DNA of 32,000 nt from Erysipelotrichaceae bacterium OH741_COT-311 (GTDB taxonomy: Bacteria; Bacillota_I; Bacilli_A; Erysipelotrichales; Erysipelotrichaceae), in the NCBI GenBank assembly GCA_003858585.1, contig RQZE01000007.1:90001-122000 (forward strand), written 5' to 3'. The notes under the pieces are model-generated. The model had not been told where the DNA came from. It saw only the letters and a program-made list of their open reading frames with translations, and did not search any database. The translations under genes and the position numbers were made by a program. Shown piece after piece: positions 17,628 through 26,211 of this stretch. The stretch's first letter is position 1. Each line of letters opens with the position of its first letter.

Positions 17628-19805
17628 TTAAATTGAACAGCTTTCACAAGCATTACTACCAATTTCATCATTGTTCTCTGTAAAAGTACGAACATAATAA
17701 ATAGACTTAATTCCTTTGCGCCAAGCATAATTTCTTAATATATTTAAATCTCTTGTGGTAAGTTTACTTGTACGATTGTTTTTCCACTCATATAAGCCTA
17801 CAGGCAAATCACTACGCATAAATAGTGTTAAACTCATACCTTGATCAATGTGCTTTTGAGCAGCCGCATAGACATCAATCACCTTACGCATATCAATATC
17901 ATACGCAGACTTATAATATGGCATTGTTTCATTTGATAAGTAAGGAGCAGGATAGTAGGTCTTACCTGTCTTTTTCTCTTGACGCTCTTCAATGAGTCTT
18001 GTAATTGGATGTAAACTTGCACTTGTCTCATTTACATAGCTAATTGAACCCGTTGGAGCAATCGCCATACGGTTTTGATGATATAAACCATACGTCTTAA
18101 CCTCTTGTTTTAACGCTTCCCAATCACTTGAGGTTGGAACTTTAATATTCTTAAACAAGTCATTTACTTTGCTAGACTTAATTACAAAATTCTCCTGAAT
18201 ATACTTATCAAAATACTCTCCTGTATAATATTTTGATTTTTCAAAATTCACAAATGTTTTATTTCGTTCTTTTGCAATCTTGTTACTTGCTTTTAACGTA
18301 TAATAATTTAACACTCTAAAATAAACATCGGTAAACTCTAATGACTCTTCATCCCCATACTCCATTTGATTTAACGCAAAGAAGGTATGAAGACCCATTG
18401 CCCCTAATCCAATCGTATGTGCAGATTCATTGCCATGTTTTACAGGCAATACAGCATTGATACTTGAACTATCCGTAACAAAAGTCAACGCTCTAACCGC
18501 AATTTCCACCGACTTTTCAAAATCCGGTGACTTCATAAGATTAACAATATTTGTTGAGCCAAGATTACAACTAATATCCGTTCCTAACACTTCATATTCT
18601 TGGGCATCATTAATGATAGATGGCGTTTGTACCTGTAAGATTTCCGAACATAAATTACTCATAATAATTTTTCCATCAATTGGATTTGTTCTATTAGCAG
18701 TATCAATATTAACGATATACGGATAACCAGATTCTTGTTGTAATTTACTAATTTCATTCTCTAAATCACGAGCACGAATCTTTGATTTTTTTATCTCCGG
18801 ATTATTCACCATCTTGTCATATTCTTTTGTAATATCAACGTAAGAAAATGGCACATGATATACACGCTGTACATCATATGGACTAAATAAATACATCATA
18901 TCATCATTTTTCACCAATTCATAAAACTTATCCGGCACAATTAAACCCAATGATAACGTTTTTACACGTATTTTTTCATCCGCATTTTCTTTTTTTGTTG
19001 ACAAAAATGATACGATATCCGGATGAAAGACATTTAAATAGACTGCCCCTGCTCCATTACGCTGTCCTAACTGATTGGAATAACTAAAACTATCTTCTAA
19101 CAGTTTCATAACCGGAACAACACCGCTCGATGCATTTTCTATCTTCTTAATAGGATCTCCAGCAGCACGAATATTCGATAAAGTAACCCCTACACCTCCA
19201 CCAATTCTTGAAAGTTGTAATGCAGAGTTAATTGTTCTACCAATACTATTCATATCATCTGTTGCTTGAATCAAGAAACAAGAAACAAACTCCCCACGAC
19301 GTTTACGCCCTGCATTTAAAAATGTTGGTGTTGCAGGTTGATAGCGTTGAGTAATTAATTCTTCTGCAAGATCTTCCGCAAATTTTTCATCTCCATTTGC
19401 CAGATATAATGCATTAAATACAATACGATCTTCAAAACGCTCTAAATAACGTTGATTATCATTCGTTTTAAGGGCATATTGCTTATAAAATTTAAAGGCA
19501 GCCATAAATGACTTAAAACGGAATTTCTTCTCATATGTTTTTTGTAGTAAATACTTTACAAAGTTACGATCATATTTTTCTATAAATTCTCGTTCAATGA
19601 AATCATTATCCATTAAATAATCTAACTTCTCATCAAGCGTATAGAAAAATACCGTATCTGGATTGACATGTTCTAAGAAAAAAGCACGCACTGCTTCCTT
19701 ATCCTTATGCAAAGGAATCTTACCATCAACCGGACGATTCAATTCGTTGTTTAGTTCAAAGTATGTCACATTCTGTGACTTTACCACTTGTTTTGGGTTA
19801 TCCAA
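17628..19805 (-). CDS. nrdE: Ribonucleotide reductase class Ib alpha subunit
   Basis: 725 aa. NLCSEI active-site block, C-terminal redox pair CESC, and a class Ib-type N-terminus. Confidence 0.95.
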   Translation of the reverse strand: MDNPKQVVKSQNVTYFELNNELNRPVDGKIPLHKDKEAVRAFFLEHVNPDTVFFYTLDEKLDYLMDNDFIEREFIEKYDRNFVKYLLQKTYEKKFRFKSFMAAFKFYKQYALKTNDNQRYLERFEDRIVFNALYLANGDEKFAEDLAEELITQRYQPATPTFLNAGRKRRGEFVSCFLIQATDDMNSIGRTINSALQLSRIGGGVGVTLSNIRAAGDPIKKIENASSGVVPVMKLLEDSFSYSNQLGQRNGAGAVYLNVFHPDIVSFLSTKKENADEKIRVKTLSLGLIVPDKFYELVKNDDMMYLFSPYDVQRVYHVPFSYVDITKEYDKMVNNPEIKKSKIRARDLENEISKLQQESGYPYIVNIDTANRTNPIDGKIIMSNLCSEILQVQTPSIINDAQEYEVLGTDISCNLGSTNIVNLMKSPDFEKSVEIAVRALTFVTDSSSINAVLPVKHGNESAHTIGLGAMGLHTFFALNQMEYGDEESLEFTDVYFRVLNYYTLKASNKIAKERNKTFVNFEKSKYYTGEYFDKYIQENFVIKSSKVNDLFKNIKVPTSSDWEALKQEVKTYGLYHQNRMAIAPTGSISYVNETSASLHPITRLIEERQEKKTGKTYYPAPYLSNETMPYYKSAYDIDMRKVIDVYAAAQKHIDQGMSLTLFMRSDLPVGLYEWKNNRTSKLTTRDLNILRNYAWRKGIKSIYYVRTFTENNDEIGSNACESCSI

Positions 19806-20163
19806 TTTTATTCACCTCATCTTTTATTCTATCTACATCATAATCACTTCCATGAAATTCAAAACAATGAAGTAATGGAACATGATACTTCTTCGCTAAA
19901 TCTTTGGCAGAAAAACAAAATAAATCATTAAAGTTACGATTACCACTACCACACACTCCACGTAAATACTGTATATTATTACCAAAATCAACAAATTGAT
20001 CCATGATACAGGTAACTTGATAATCATACGTTGGCACAATCATAATGTATGGTTCATTCATTTCAAATTTCTCACTTAAGCGACTAATTTCAATCGCATC
20101 TGCCTGTAATTTCTTAATAAATTTTCTCGTTTGTCCTGTTAAGGACATATATACTACTTTCAT
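19798..20163 (-). CDS. nrdI: Flavodoxin-like class Ib RNR activator NrdI
   Basis: 121 aa. VYMSLTGQTRKF N-terminus and GSGNRNF motif. 8-nt overlap with nrdE. Confidence 0.9.
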   Translation of the reverse strand: MKVVYMSLTGQTRKFIKKLQADAIEISRLSEKFEMNEPYIMIVPTYDYQVTCIMDQFVDFGNNIQYLRGVCGSGNRNFNDLFCFSAKDLAKKYHVPLLHCFEFHGSDYDVDRIKDEVNKIG

Positions 20164-20208
20164 AGTTCCTCACTTATAGTACTTATAAAAAAGTGAAGCG
20201 TTAACTTC

Positions 20209-20439
20209 TTACTTCACAATTTGATCTAACATATCTGGTCTAAACCCAGTAAAGGCATCATAACCATCTGCCACAATCACAGGAAGTGATTGGAAACCTA
20301 AACTCAATACCTCTTGTAAAGCATCCTTAGATGTCTCTACATCTCTTTCTTCAAAATCAACGTTGTGTTCTTTCAAAAACTTTTTCGTGAAATTACACTG
20401 CATACAATTTGATTTAGAATACACAATTATTTTTTTCAT
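20209..20439 (-). CDS. nrdH: Glutaredoxin-like protein NrdH
   Basis: CMQC redox motif and SLPVI motif. I prefer ATG 20439 (MKKIIVY, with GAGGGTGG 6 nt upstream) over the GTG start at 20448 in the ORF track. Confidence 0.85.
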   Translation of the reverse strand: MKKIIVYSKSNCMQCNFTKKFLKEHNVDFEERDVETSKDALQEVLSLGFQSLPVIVADGYDAFTGFRPDMLDQIVK

Positions 20440-20644
20440 TTTTACCACCCTCTATTTCATCACATGTACCATATTACAATATGTAAATGTTACATGCAAG
20501 AACAATAAAAAAATGTAAAGAAATATTTTTTTATATAAAAATGTTTCATAATTTTATTATTATTTATTTTTATTGCTTAAAAAAATAAACGATACATCCT
20601 TCTATCTTTCATTTACTTTTATCTATAATATTTCACTACTTGTA

Positions 20645-21121
20645 TTATTTACCAGAAAATTTTTTAAAGAAGTCATCAAACTCCTTATACTCCTCCGGTT
20701 GATACACATAAGCTAGAAATTTCTCATCATTTCCCTCTAACGTTGCAAATTGTGTATAGCCTGCCATCAAGCCACCTTGATGAAAGATTGTATACATACC
20801 TGTTGAAATTTTAGCCTTTTTAATTCCATCTTTTCTAAAAAAAGTTGCCTCACTACAGCCTTCTAATTCCGGTGTAGTTTGCACTAGGGCAATACTCATA
20901 TCACTAGAACGATAACCGATGATTAAACTTGTATATTCATAGGTTGTTTTACGAGCAATGATGTAATTGCTATTTTTAATATTTAAACCATAGCCATAAA
21001 TAACTTTCCAAGTATTTCCATCCTCAACAACACTATTAAATAAGATACGCAACTTATTTTTATTGTTGTTTGAACGCTCAATATCCCATTCTTTTTTCTT
21101 TCCAAAACCAAATAAACCCAT
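20645..21121 (-). CDS. Hypothetical protein (158 aa), no family recognised
   Basis: Long ORF with an AGGAGAAA RBS-like sequence upstream and its own intergenic regions on both sides. No motif that I can name. Confidence 0.55.
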   Translation of the reverse strand: MGLFGFGKKKEWDIERSNNNKNKLRILFNSVVEDGNTWKVIYGYGLNIKNSNYIIARKTTYEYTSLIIGYRSSDMSIALVQTTPELEGCSEATFFRKDGIKKAKISTGMYTIFHQGGLMAGYTQFATLEGNDEKFLAYVYQPEEYKEFDDFFKKFSGK

Positions 21122-21297
21122 AATATTTCTCCTTTTCCATTATTTATATGTCCTATATATGCTATTTATATTATACATCATTCTAACTTATTTATTAAAT
21201 ACAACCGTTATTTCATTCATATAAACTCTATAAAGTTCATAAAATTTATCTTTTTTGTTGACAAGATGCTCATATCCTTATAGGATTAATAGGTAAA

Positions 21298-21320
21298 AAT
21301 ATGAAAATCATTTTCATATT
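21298..21320. promoter_or_regulatory. Perfect 23-bp palindrome, Fur-family (Zur-like) 7-1-7 box
   Basis: AATATGAAAAT-C-ATTTTCATATT has perfect arms. The core TGAAAATCATTTTCA has the 7-1-7 Fur/Zur/PerR box geometry. It lies just downstream of TTGACA (21258-21263) and a weak -10, and 36 nt upstream of the Pht-like gene. Confidence 0.6.
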
Positions 21321-21355
21321 GTGAATTGATATAGTTATAGAAAGGTAAAACAAAT

Positions 21356-23560
21356 ATGCGCAAATTGAAATTTAATAGCCTAATTCTTTTAACATTTATA
21401 CTTATTTTAACTTCATGTGGTCAAAAGAAAACAACATCTACCGCTTCACAAACACAACCAAAAGCAGTAGAAAACACACAATCCAAAGAAACCCAAGAAG
21501 TAAAAAATGAAACGAACGAAACCAAAGAAACTACAAAAGAAACTACAGGAAAGAAACCGGATGTTACAGGTTCTATCGCAAGTTATTACCAACATGGAGA
21601 TCATTGGCACATTACTTTAAGTAATGGAGATACTATGGTTACTTCAAAAGATCCTAGAAAGATTTTTCCAAAAGAAGCTTTCTTAAATGCAACAGAAGCC
21701 ACAGAAGTAATCACTACACAAACAAGTAGTAAAAGTGGTAAAACAATAGTATCTTGGTATAAACATGGTGATCATTGGCACCTAGTTTATAGCGATGGTT
21801 CAGAAGGAGTATCTTATACAGATCCATCTTCATCATCAAACACTTCTAACCATACAAGTGAACCTTCTGTTCATACAGAAAATGAAGTACGACCTATTGT
21901 TCATAAGTCGGAGCTATTCGATAAAGTTATCGATCATAAAGATCATATCCATGTATGGGTAAATAATGTAGAATATGTACTTTCAAGAGAACTCTATGAT
22001 ACCTTTGTACGTGAAAAGAAATTTGATGAAGTACGTGCTAGAGGATTAGATGGTCTATATTACGATCAAATTCAAAGCAAACAATTAAAAGAAGAAGTAG
22101 AATACATTGCTAAAGCATATGGAGTAAAATTGGAAGCAATTCGTGTCAGTGACAGTTATTTTAGCTTCAATGATCCTTCACATGAATATGACCCTACACA
22201 TATTCATCCATTCTTTGTATCACGCAAGCTTTTCTATATTCCAGAAAAAACAGGTATTCCTGAACTGGATTTCGAAAATGAACTAATCAGTGTAGCACAT
22301 CGCAGCCAAATACCAGTACCCAACATGATTGTAAGAGATCATCGATTTGTCTTACCTCATGGTAGTCATGAACACTATGTTAATATCCTTACTGATGGTT
22401 ACGATGCATACATGCAAAACAAAAAACCTTCATTAAGTGGTCCTTATGTACAAGGAGAGCTTAACGAACAATCAGTTTTAGACAAAGTAAATCAATTAAA
22501 AAAATCCGTTAATGAAACGTATCCGAATCGTCTTGAAAACCGTAGAGTTATGCGTCTTTTAGAAGAATTTGAATATTTGCTACAAGAATTAAAAGCAAAT
22601 TCAACACAAGGATATTTAAACATTTTACAAAAATTTGAAGATCTTTATATCACAAAACAAGGAACAGATATTATTGTTGATGATAGTGATACAGAAACCG
22701 TAAAATTGTATCAAGATTTGCTACAAACTATTTCATTAAAAGATGAGCGTTTCTTTCAAAAATTATTCCTTGATAAACAAACCTTAATTGCTGAAATCAA
22801 TGACAACTCTACCAATAAAGAAAAGCTTTATGAATATACATATAAATTAAAAGAATATGAACGTTTCGATGGAAGGGTTACAATTGTTGGCTTAGGTTAC
22901 GTTCAATATTTAGTCGAACACTTTGAAAAACCTAACATCGCACCTAGTCTAAAAGATGAAATTGCGACACTATTAAATGAAGTTACAGATAAGTTCTTCT
23001 TTAAAATGGATTCCCATGTAGCAACATTTGTCGATCTAAATATTAAATTAAATAAAAATTTAAAATTAGAAGAAGAGTATATCATTAACGATTTTAGTGC
23101 ATATCCTAATTATTTCAAATTTACAACAGCAAACTATCGAAGCCGTATCGAAAGTTTTGTAAAAGAAATGGAAAATTTATTGCTTCCTATTGAACTTCCG
23201 GACACTTCTAAATTACCTAACGATTTTATGGGCGATATAAAAGCGGAAAAGGTAACGGAAGAAATAAAAGTACCATCTACATCGGATTCTACTGATGATA
23301 CAAGTATTACTCCTTCATCTACATTAGAAGAAGCACTAAAACCAACAGAAGAAGGAAATCCTTCTACCGAAGTAACCGAAGATGCAGAAGAAAAAAATCC
23401 AGAAAGTGAATCAACAGATGTTCCAGAAACAGCTGTTGAAGAAACAAACACGAATACAGAAACAGAAATCTTGCCACCTTCTAGTGATACAGAAGAAACA
23501 CTAGACACGATGAATAACTCTTTACCGGCAGATGATAGCATAACACAACCTACCGAATAA
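21356..23560 (+). CDS. Histidine-triad (Pht-like) surface lipoprotein with an acidic Thr/Glu/Ser-rich C-terminal tail
   Basis: Signal peptide plus lipobox LILTSC. HxxHxH triads: HGDHWH (twice), HKDHIH, HGSHEH. Low-complexity tail PSTSDSTDDTSITPSS...TEETLD. Confidence 0.8.
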   Translation: MRKLKFNSLILLTFILILTSCGQKKTTSTASQTQPKAVENTQSKETQEVKNETNETKETTKETTGKKPDVTGSIASYYQHGDHWHITLSNGDTMVTSKDPRKIFPKEAFLNATEATEVITTQTSSKSGKTIVSWYKHGDHWHLVYSDGSEGVSYTDPSSSSNTSNHTSEPSVHTENEVRPIVHKSELFDKVIDHKDHIHVWVNNVEYVLSRELYDTFVREKKFDEVRARGLDGLYYDQIQSKQLKEEVEYIAKAYGVKLEAIRVSDSYFSFNDPSHEYDPTHIHPFFVSRKLFYIPEKTGIPELDFENELISVAHRSQIPVPNMIVRDHRFVLPHGSHEHYVNILTDGYDAYMQNKKPSLSGPYVQGELNEQSVLDKVNQLKKSVNETYPNRLENRRVMRLLEEFEYLLQELKANSTQGYLNILQKFEDLYITKQGTDIIVDDSDTETVKLYQDLLQTISLKDERFFQKLFLDKQTLIAEINDNSTNKEKLYEYTYKLKEYERFDGRVTIVGLGYVQYLVEHFEKPNIAPSLKDEIATLLNEVTDKFFFKMDSHVATFVDLNIKLNKNLKLEEEYIINDFSAYPNYFKFTTANYRSRIESFVKEMENLLLPIELPDTSKLPNDFMGDIKAEKVTEEIKVPSTSDSTDDTSITPSSTLEEALKPTEEGNPSTEVTEDAEEKNPESESTDVPETAVEETNTNTETEILPPSSDTEETLDTMNNSLPADDSITQPTE

Positions 23561-23684
23561 TCTAAGAAAAGCTGTTACACGACAGCTTTTACTTCTTTCA
23601 TAAAACAAATTCTCTAACACAAAAAAATTTTTAAAATAAAATATGATAAATTATTACTAGAAATATAAAAGAAAGGACATGTAT

Positions 23685-25034
23685 ATGCAAAAAGTGGATA
23701 ATCTCATTATAGGATTTGGAAAAGCAGGAAAAACACTAGCTGCTTATTTGGGAAAACAAGGACAAAAAACTGTTTTAGTTGAACGTTCTAACACCATGTA
23801 TGGAGGAACATGTATCAACGTTGGATGTATTCCTTCTAAAAAACTGTCATTAAATGCTCATCGTAAACAATTTAACCAAGAAGCACAAGACACTTATTAC
23901 TTACAATCTGTAAAAGAAAAAAAGAACTTAGTATCGTTATTAAACAAAGCCAATTACAGCAAATTAGGTACTATTGAACAAGTTGAAATCGTAGATGGAA
24001 CAGCTAGCTTTCTGGATGAACATACAATTCTTGTTACTCATAATAACGAAGAAAAAACATTTAAAGCTGACCGTATTTTTATCAATACAGGATCAACACC
24101 ATTTATTCCTAAGATTGAAGGATTAACAATTTCAAATCACATCTTAACAAGTGATGAATTGATGGATTTAGAAGTATTACCAAAACAACTAACCATCATT
24201 GGTGGAGGATTTATCGGATTAGAGTTTGCAAAAACGTATGCAGAATATGGTAGTCAAGTAACTATTTTAGATACGTCTTCGAAGTTTTTAGAACGTGAAG
24301 ATGAAGATGTCGCTTTAGAGGTATTGAAAAGTTTACAAGAACTTGGAATTACTTTGATTTTAAATGCTAAAGTCTTACACGTAGAAGAAGCAGAAACAAC
24401 TACAATTACGTATGAAGTAAATGGTGAAAAATTACAAATACAACAAGATTACATTTTAGTTTCGACAGGAAGAAGACCAAATATCAAAGCTTTAAATCTT
24501 GAAAATGCCGGAGTAGCCCTCACAGAAAGAGGAAGCATTGTTGTTAATGAATTTCTTCAAACAAATAAAGAGCATATCTTCGCTATGGGTGATGTAAATG
24601 GAGGCTTAAACTTTACTTATATCTCTTTAGATGACTTTAGAATTGTACGAAATTTCTTACAAGGAAATACTTCTTATTCCACAAAAGATAGATCCGTTAT
24701 TCCTACTTCAGTTTTCTTAAATCCAACACTATCAAAAGTAGGATTAACAGAAAAAGAGGCTTTAAGCAAAGGATATGATATTCAAGTATTTAAATTACCA
24801 GTAAGCATGATCCCAAAAGCAAAAATCATTGGTAATCAAACCGGACTATATAAAGCTATTGTAGATCGTAAAACAAATAAAATATTAGGAGCTACCATCT
24901 TTGCCGAAGAATCACATGAAGTTATTAATATCATCGCTACAGCCATGAAACTGAATGCTGATTACACGGTGTTAAAAGAACAAATCTTTACACACCCTAC
25001 GATGGCAGAAGCTTTAAACGATTTATTTCAATAA
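23685..25034 (+). CDS. Class I pyridine nucleotide-disulfide oxidoreductase (RclA/YkgC-like; dihydrolipoamide dehydrogenase/mercuric reductase superfamily)
   Basis: FAD GxGxxG (IGFGKAG), redox-active GGTCINVGCIPSK, NAD-binding IIGGGFIGLEF, and C-terminal HPTMAE interface motif. Start at ATG 23685 (GAAAGGA 7 nt upstream); the track start at 23679 is also possible. Confidence 0.85.
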   Translation: MQKVDNLIIGFGKAGKTLAAYLGKQGQKTVLVERSNTMYGGTCINVGCIPSKKLSLNAHRKQFNQEAQDTYYLQSVKEKKNLVSLLNKANYSKLGTIEQVEIVDGTASFLDEHTILVTHNNEEKTFKADRIFINTGSTPFIPKIEGLTISNHILTSDELMDLEVLPKQLTIIGGGFIGLEFAKTYAEYGSQVTILDTSSKFLEREDEDVALEVLKSLQELGITLILNAKVLHVEEAETTTITYEVNGEKLQIQQDYILVSTGRRPNIKALNLENAGVALTERGSIVVNEFLQTNKEHIFAMGDVNGGLNFTYISLDDFRIVRNFLQGNTSYSTKDRSVIPTSVFLNPTLSKVGLTEKEALSKGYDIQVFKLPVSMIPKAKIIGNQTGLYKAIVDRKTNKILGATIFAEESHEVINIIATAMKLNADYTVLKEQIFTHPTMAEALNDLFQ

Positions 25035-25046
25035 AGAATAACAAAA

Positions 25047-25085
25047 AAAGACATTTGTTCAACAGAACAGATGTCTTTTATTATT
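25047..25085 (+). terminator. Rho-independent terminator
   Basis: AAAGACATTTGTTC-aaca-GAACAGATGTCTTT hairpin (25047-25078), followed by a T-rich run. Confidence 0.7.
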
Positions 25086-25169
25086 TTAATCATTAACAAA
25101 GTTTTAAACTTTATTGATTAACAACACTACCGTCTCGACGTGTTAATGATTGTCCAAACTTTTAATCGC

Positions 25170-26207
25170 TTATTGTTCTAATGAGTCAAAAAGCATATTG
25201 GCGACAATATTAAAACCTGCGGCAGATGAAAATTGTGAAAACCTATTACCTTTATACCATTCATCTTGACTAATATTAGTATTTACAATCCAATATTCTA
25301 CTTCTGAAATAAATTGTTCTAAATTATAATTCTTATTTTGTTTTTTCAATTGCAAAATTATATATTTATTTATTGCTGAAACGCCTATTGTTCCCTGAAT
25401 AACTGAATTATTAATGGATTCTTCTTTGAATAAATTAGGCCACTTAAATTTTACTGCATCCCAAATTTTTAAATATATACCCTTTATATCATTAATAATT
25501 TCATTCAACTCTTTATCATTTTTCCAATCAATTCCAATAATATTATACTTGTTCAAATAACTTATTAACATTTGAATACTTTTCACAAAAGAATTAAGAC
25601 TTATTGTTTCATTTGAATTTCTAGTTGGATTGCCTTCCAACAGTATCCTGTTATACCATAATGAATTTCTATCACTATTAAGATTAATTGCTAACTCAAC
25701 TGCTAAAAATTCTTTTTTAGCAATTGTCAAATCACTAGATGAAGTATTATTTCTATTAATTTTATTCTTCAAAACATATGCAAGAGAAGTATCCACTTTT
25801 CTTGATGTTTTATTAATCGTAATAAAAGTATCTACTTCCAATGCCTCACTTGGTTTTTCAAGAATTACAACCGATAATTCACAATCTTTTATATCATTAT
25901 ATTTATCCGGATTATTTTCCTTTAGTTTTTTAAAAGCTTCTACCCTATGTTGACCATCAACAATATTAAGCGTTGTATCATTTGTAACTTCTTCGTCTGT
26001 AGCACATATAATTGAAGTAGGCAAATAAAATGGATTCTCTTTCAAATATTGTACAATATTTGAAACATGATTTTCGTTTACTCGCCTTTGATAACCAGTA
26101 AATTTAATATTATCAAATGTTCTAACCTTAGTATTTCTAACTAACCAATCTACAGTTTTAATATCATTTATGATTTTGCAGCCACATTCTTGTTTTATAG
26201 TTTTCAT
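25170..26207 (-). CDS. DGQHR-domain protein (DndB-like, ParB/sulfiredoxin-fold)
   Basis: 345 aa. FTGYQRRVNENHVSNIVQYL..., then LNIVDGQHRVEAF (literal DGQHR motif), then FITINKTSRKVDTSLAY. This order is typical of the DGQHR/DndB family. Confidence 0.8.
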   Translation of the reverse strand: MKTIKQECGCKIINDIKTVDWLVRNTKVRTFDNIKFTGYQRRVNENHVSNIVQYLKENPFYLPTSIICATDEEVTNDTTLNIVDGQHRVEAFKKLKENNPDKYNDIKDCELSVVILEKPSEALEVDTFITINKTSRKVDTSLAYVLKNKINRNNTSSSDLTIAKKEFLAVELAINLNSDRNSLWYNRILLEGNPTRNSNETISLNSFVKSIQMLISYLNKYNIIGIDWKNDKELNEIINDIKGIYLKIWDAVKFKWPNLFKEESINNSVIQGTIGVSAINKYIILQLKKQNKNYNLEQFISEVEYWIVNTNISQDEWYKGNRFSQFSSAAGFNIVANMLFDSLEQ

Positions 26208-26211
26208 GATT

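Noticed and set aside
373-19875. Other short embedded ORFs in the track (373-561, 1167-1403, 4682-4948, 5683-5907, 11665-11895, 13586-13801, 17405-17593, 18430-18726, 19663-19875)
   Set aside because: Each lies inside, out of frame with, or antisense to a much longer ORF with family-level evidence. They are typical spurious frames.
20440-20448. GTG start for nrdH, and by analogy the TTG start (28997) for rumA, as in the ORF track
   Set aside because: Downstream ATGs (20439 and 28982) give N-termini matching the families (MKKIIVYSK..CxxC, and a TRAM domain starting MKKNEE). For nrdH, that ATG also has correct RBS spacing.
20455-20500. Possible NrdR boxes upstream of nrdH (CACATGTACCATATT ... 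ACAATATGTAAATGTTACATG)
   Set aside because: The region contains ACA..TGT-rich imperfect symmetry, but I could not fit two clean 16-bp acaCwAtATaTwGtgt-type palindromes at helical spacing by eye. A position-weight-matrix scan would be needed before calling it.
23134-23541. Minus-strand 135-aa Ser/Val-rich ORF
   Set aside because: It is antisense to the acidic low-complexity tail of the Pht-like lipoprotein, and is an artefact of the codon-periodic GAA/ACA-rich sequence.
25630-25953. Plus-strand 107-aa ORF inside the DGQHR gene
   Set aside because: It is fully embedded antisense in a longer ORF that has clear family motifs, and it is a low-complexity, AT-driven open frame.
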